Shown here piece after piece: positions 60,148 through 64,000 of a stretch of DNA of 64,000 nt; the stretch's first letter is position 1, and each line of letters begins with the position of its first letter. Made by a program: the position numbers and the translations under genes. The notes under the pieces were generated by a model that was not told where the DNA came from, ran no database searches, and saw only the letters and a list, made by a program, of their open reading frames with translations. Location of the stretch: the NCBI GenBank assembly GCA_963721805.1, contig CAVRJY010000001.1:32001-96000 (forward strand), in the 5' to 3' direction. Origin of the DNA: Nitrospirota bacterium. Lineage in GTDB: Bacteria; Nitrospirota; Thermodesulfovibrionia; Thermodesulfovibrionales; JdFR-86.

Positions 60148-61698
60148 TCAGAGACCCCTTTCCTCTTCAGGCTTCGAAGCGTCAGTGTCCGCCGGTGCGC
60201 CTGTAGGCACGGTCTGGCCGTGCATCTCGGGCTTGAGCTGCGGGAAGAGTATGACGTCCTTGATCGTATGGGAGTTGGTGAGTATCATCACGAGCCGGTC
60301 GATCCCGATGCCCTCGCCCGCTGCGGGGGGCATCGCGTACTCAAGCGCGCGGACGAAGTCGTCGTCCATGCGCAGGGCCTCGTCGTCGCCCTGCTCGCGC
60401 GCAAGCGCCTGCTCGCGAAACCGCCCGAACTGGTCGATTGGATCATTAAGCTCGCTAAACGCGTTTGCGACCTCCCAGCCCGCTACGAAGAGCTCGAACC
60501 GCTCTACTAGATGCGGCTGCTCGGCCTTGCGCTTCGCAAGCGGCGAGAGCCCGACCGGGTAGTCCGTGACGAACGTGGGCTGTATGAGCTTCGGCTCGAC
60601 GAACTTCGAGAATATCTCGTCGAGCACCTTGGCGTGCGAAGCGCCCTTCGGCACGTCGAGCTCCTGCTGGATCGCCCACTCTAGCGCGAACCTCTCGTCA
60701 GTGATCGCCATGGCAGGCACGCCGTTGTCGAGCATGGCCTTCTCAAAAGGCAGCCGCGGCCAGGGCGAGGTGAAGTCTATCGTGTGCTCGCCGAAAGTGA
60801 CTATATGAGTCCCGATGGCCTTGTCCATGATCGTGACGAAAAGCTCCTCGGTGAAGTCCATAAGGAAGTTGTAGTCCTTGTAAGCGGCGTAAAACTCGAT
60901 CATCGTAAACTCGGGGTTATGCTTCTTTGAGAGCCCTTCGTTTCTAAAGTTGCGGTTGAGCTCGAACACGCGCTCAAATCCACCAACCAGCAGGCGTTTC
61001 AAGTAAAGCTCCGGCGCGATGCGCAGGTAGAGGTCTATCCCTAGCGCGTTATGGTGGGTCTTAAACGGCTTCGCCGTAGCGCCTCCGGGCACCGCCTGCA
61101 TCATCGGCGTCTCGACCTCGATGAAGCCGTGCTCCTCGAGGTGGTCGCGGATAGCCTTGATGATCGCGGAACGGCGGCGGAAGGTCTCCTTGACGTCGGG
61201 GTTGACGATGAGGTCGAGGTAGCGCTGGCGGTAGCGGGTCTCTGTGTCCGTGAGGCCGTGGAACTTCTCCGGCAGCGGGCGCAGGGCCTTCGCGAGGAAG
61301 CTCATCGCGCTGACCTCTAATGTCAGCTCGTTCGTGCGGGTCCTAAACAGCCTACCGGTGACGCCTATGAGGTCTCCGAGGTCCAGGAGCTTGACGATCT
61401 TGAATGCGTCCTCGCCCATGATGTCGCGCTTGAGGTAGATCTGCAGGCGGCCGGTGGCGTCCTGCAGGTGCGCGAAGACGGCCTTGCCGAAGCTCCGGAC
61501 CATGATGAGCCGCCCGGCGAGCGTGAAGCGGCCGCTCTCGGCCTCGAGGGCCTCGTGAGAGAGCCCGGCGTAGCGCACGTTGATGTCGCGCGCGCTGTCG
61601 GGGTTCTCAAACGGCTGGCCGAACGGCTTGACGCCGAGGGCTTCGAGTTCCCGCATCTTGATCATGCGGCTTTCCGTATGTTCGTTTTGCTCCAGCAT
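60148..61698 (-). CDS. lysS: Lysine-tRNA ligase (class II)
   Basis: RYRQRYLDL, LRIAPELYLKRL, FRNEG, GEGIGIDRLVM. Confidence 0.97.
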   Translation of the reverse strand: MLEQNEHTESRMIKMRELEALGVKPFGQPFENPDSARDINVRYAGLSHEALEAESGRFTLAGRLIMVRSFGKAVFAHLQDATGRLQIYLKRDIMGEDAFKIVKLLDLGDLIGVTGRLFRTRTNELTLEVSAMSFLAKALRPLPEKFHGLTDTETRYRQRYLDLIVNPDVKETFRRRSAIIKAIRDHLEEHGFIEVETPMMQAVPGGATAKPFKTHHNALGIDLYLRIAPELYLKRLLVGGFERVFELNRNFRNEGLSKKHNPEFTMIEFYAAYKDYNFLMDFTEELFVTIMDKAIGTHIVTFGEHTIDFTSPWPRLPFEKAMLDNGVPAMAITDERFALEWAIQQELDVPKGASHAKVLDEIFSKFVEPKLIQPTFVTDYPVGLSPLAKRKAEQPHLVERFELFVAGWEVANAFSELNDPIDQFGRFREQALAREQGDDEALRMDDDFVRALEYAMPPAAGEGIGIDRLVMILTNSHTIKDVILFPQLKPEMHGQTVPTGAPADTDASKPEEERGL

Positions 61699-61838
61699 AA
61701 CAGTAACCCGAATTATATAGCCGTAGCGCGTTAAGAGTCAATTAAGCGGTGTCCTCAACAGGGCGCGCCGTGCGCCTGATATGGTAAAATAAAAGGTATT
61801 TTTGAACCCGCATCTTGCATAAGGAGCCAATAGACCCA

Positions 61839-64000
61839 ATGTCTCAGAATATGACCAGCATAGAAGAGGAGATGAAGGTCTCCTATCTCGACTACGCGAT
61901 GAGCGTAATCATCGGCCGTGCGCTTCCGGTCGTGACCGACGGGCTCAAGCCGGTGCAGCGCCGCATACTGTACGCGATGTTTAGAGAGGGGCTGACGCCG
62001 GGCAAGAAGCACTCCAAGAGCGCCGGCGTCGTCGGCGAGGTCTTAAAGAAATACCACCCGCACGGCGACACCGCCGTCTATGACGCGATGGTGCGCCTCG
62101 CTCAGGACTTCAACATGCGCGCCCCGCTCGTAGACGGGCAGGGCAACTTCGGCTCGATAGACGGAGACCGCGCGGCGGCATATCGTTATACCGAGGCCAG
62201 GCTTACGAAGATCGCCGAGGAGCTGCTCGCCGACATCGACAAGGACACGGTGGACTTCATCCCGAACTTCGACGAGACCACGAGCGAGCCCGCGGTGCTG
62301 CCTTCGAAGGTCCCGAATCTGCTTTTAAACGGAGCCGCGGGCATCGCCGTAGGCATGGCCACGAACATCCCGCCGCACAACCTCGGCGAGCTGATTGATG
62401 GATTAGTGATGCTGCTGGACGACCCCAAGGTTACATTAGAAAAGCTAATGACAGCCATAAAGGGCCCTGACTTCCCGACCGGCGGGATCATATGCGGCAC
62501 GGCCGGCCTGCGCGACGGGTACGAGACCGGCCGCGGGCTCGTGCGGATGCGCGCGCGCACAGTGATAGAGCGCGACCACAAGGGCCAGGAGACGATCATC
62601 GTCACCGAGATCCCCTACCAGGTCAACAAGTCCTCGATGATAAAGAAGATGGCCGAGCTCGTGCGCGCCAAGAAGATCGAGGGCATCTCGGAAATTCGGG
62701 ATGAATCCGACCGCGACGCGTCGGTGCGCGTGGTCATAGAGCTCAAGCGCGGCGAGATCGCGCAGGTCGTCCTCAACAACCTGTTCAAGCACACGCAGAT
62801 GAGCGAGACGTTCGGCATGAACATGCTCTCGCTCGTCGGCAAGCAGCCGAAGCTCCTGGGGCTCCGCCCGATACTCGTGCTGTTCATCGAGCACCGCAGA
62901 GACGTCGTCACCCGCCGCACGCGCTTCGACCTCAGGCGAGCCGAGGAGCGCGCGCATATCTTAGAGGGCCTCAAGATCGCGATAGACAACCTAGACGAGA
63001 TCATCACGATGATCAAGGCCTCGCCCGACCCCGAGACAGCGCGTAACGGGCTGATGACGCGCTTCAAGCTCTCGCAGCCGCAGGCCCAGGCGATCCTGGA
63101 CATGAGGCTCCAGCGCCTGACCGGGCTCGAGCGCGACAAGATCATTACCGAGTACACCGAGATCATAAAGGCGATCTCGCTACTGAAGGCGATCCTCGCA
63201 AACGACGAGCTGAAGGACAAGATCATCCGCGACGAGCTTGTCGAGATCAAGCAGAAATACGCAAACCCGCGCCGCACCGAGATCACCGGCGAGGCCCAGG
63301 ACATCAACATCGAGGATATGATCAAGGAAGAAGAGATGGTCGTCACGATGTCCTATACCGGGTATATAAAGCGCAACCCGCTCTCGCTGTACCGCAGCCA
63401 GCGCCGCGGCGGCAAGGGGCTCACAGGCATGGAGACGCGCGAGGAGGACTTCGTCGAGCAGATGTACATAGGCTCGACGCACGACTACATGATGTTCTTC
63501 ACGAACAAGGGCCGCCTGCACTGGCTCAAGACATACCAGATCCCGGAGTTCGGCCGCGCCACGAAGGGCAAGGCGATCATCAACCTCCTGCAGCTTACAG
63601 AGGGCGAACGCGTGGCGACCGCGATACAGGTCAAGGACTTCACCGAGGGCGGCAACCTCGTGATGTTCACCAAAAAGGGCATCGTGAAGAAGACCCCCCT
63701 TATCGACTATTCAAACGTGCGCACCAAGGGCATCATCGCCCTGAACATAGACGAGGACGACGAGCTGATCGCGGTGCGCCGCACGACCGGGCAGAGCGAC
63801 CTCATCATGGGCACGCGCAACGGGCTCTCGATCCGGTTCCATGAGGACGACGTGCGCACGATGGGCCGCGTGGCCAGGGGCGTCATCGGCATCCGCCTGA
63901 TGAAGGGCGACGAGGTCGTCTCGGCCGACGTGGTCGAGGACCGCACCACCCTGCTTACGATCACCGAGCGCGGCATGGGCAAGCGCTCGCGCGCCGAGGA
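61839..64000 (+). CDS. gyrA: DNA gyrase subunit A (3' truncated by window edge)
   Basis: Hand translation: [37 protein letters not shown], GyrA-box QRRGGKG. Confidence 0.95.
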   Translation, partial: MSQNMTSIEEEMKVSYLDYAMSVIIGRALPVVTDGLKPVQRRILYAMFREGLTPGKKHSKSAGVVGEVLKKYHPHGDTAVYDAMVRLAQDFNMRAPLVDGQGNFGSIDGDRAAAYRYTEARLTKIAEELLADIDKDTVDFIPNFDETTSEPAVLPSKVPNLLLNGAAGIAVGMATNIPPHNLGELIDGLVMLLDDPKVTLEKLMTAIKGPDFPTGGIICGTAGLRDGYETGRGLVRMRARTVIERDHKGQETIIVTEIPYQVNKSSMIKKMAELVRAKKIEGISEIRDESDRDASVRVVIELKRGEIAQVVLNNLFKHTQMSETFGMNMLSLVGKQPKLLGLRPILVLFIEHRRDVVTRRTRFDLRRAEERAHILEGLKIAIDNLDEIITMIKASPDPETARNGLMTRFKLSQPQAQAILDMRLQRLTGLERDKIITEYTEIIKAISLLKAILANDELKDKIIRDELVEIKQKYANPRRTEITGEAQDINIEDMIKEEEMVVTMSYTGYIKRNPLSLYRSQRRGGKGLTGMETREEDFVEQMYIGSTHDYMMFFTNKGRLHWLKTYQIPEFGRATKGKAIINLLQLTEGERVATAIQVKDFTEGGNLVMFTKKGIVKKTPLIDYSNVRTKGIIALNIDEDDELIAVRRTTGQSDLIMGTRNGLSIRFHEDDVRTMGRVARGVIGIRLMKGDEVVSADVVEDRTTLLTITERGMGKRSRAE

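Noticed and set aside
1..64000. tRNA/rRNA genes, prophage or integrase
   Set aside because: None recognised by eye; tRNAscan-SE and Infernal would be needed to exclude small RNAs.

Overview
GC-rich bacterial chromosomal segment spanning the replication origin: an oriC with DnaA boxes and DnaA-trios, dnaA-dnaN, two parS sites, and a 3'-truncated gyrA at the end. The gene complement is compatible with Nitrospirota or a deltaproteobacterium-like organism (inference only). Core content: cheZ-cheB-cheW, a short purH (IMP cyclohydrolase domain only)-purD-purE, mscL, tsaC, a coaE-ribF fusion, a PilZ protein with two motAB stator pairs, PBP1A, copA, PAS hybrid kinases, an HD-GYP regulator, an AmmeMemo B-A fusion, citrate synthase, pyk, rho, ntrYX, lolC/E and lysS. 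Accessory content: three DNA methyltransferase/restriction loci (5mC NgoMIV-like plus Vsr, a 4mC-type MTase plus putative endonuclease, a 6mA MTase), an IS200-family element and a complete IS481. The most striking signal is non-coding. A ~180-bp structured element ('R', 13 full or partial copies, two subtypes with compensatory base changes) sits in divergent pairs that bracket the accessory and defence inserts. Two R-M-bearing loci also share a ~200-bp leader with ATCCGAACA motifs at conserved spacing. A second, shorter two-hairpin repeat family ('S') is interspersed and sometimes nested inside R. About a dozen apparent frameshifts, including in dnaA and dnaN, look like sequencing or assembly insertion errors. 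All calls are by eye; no database searches were run.
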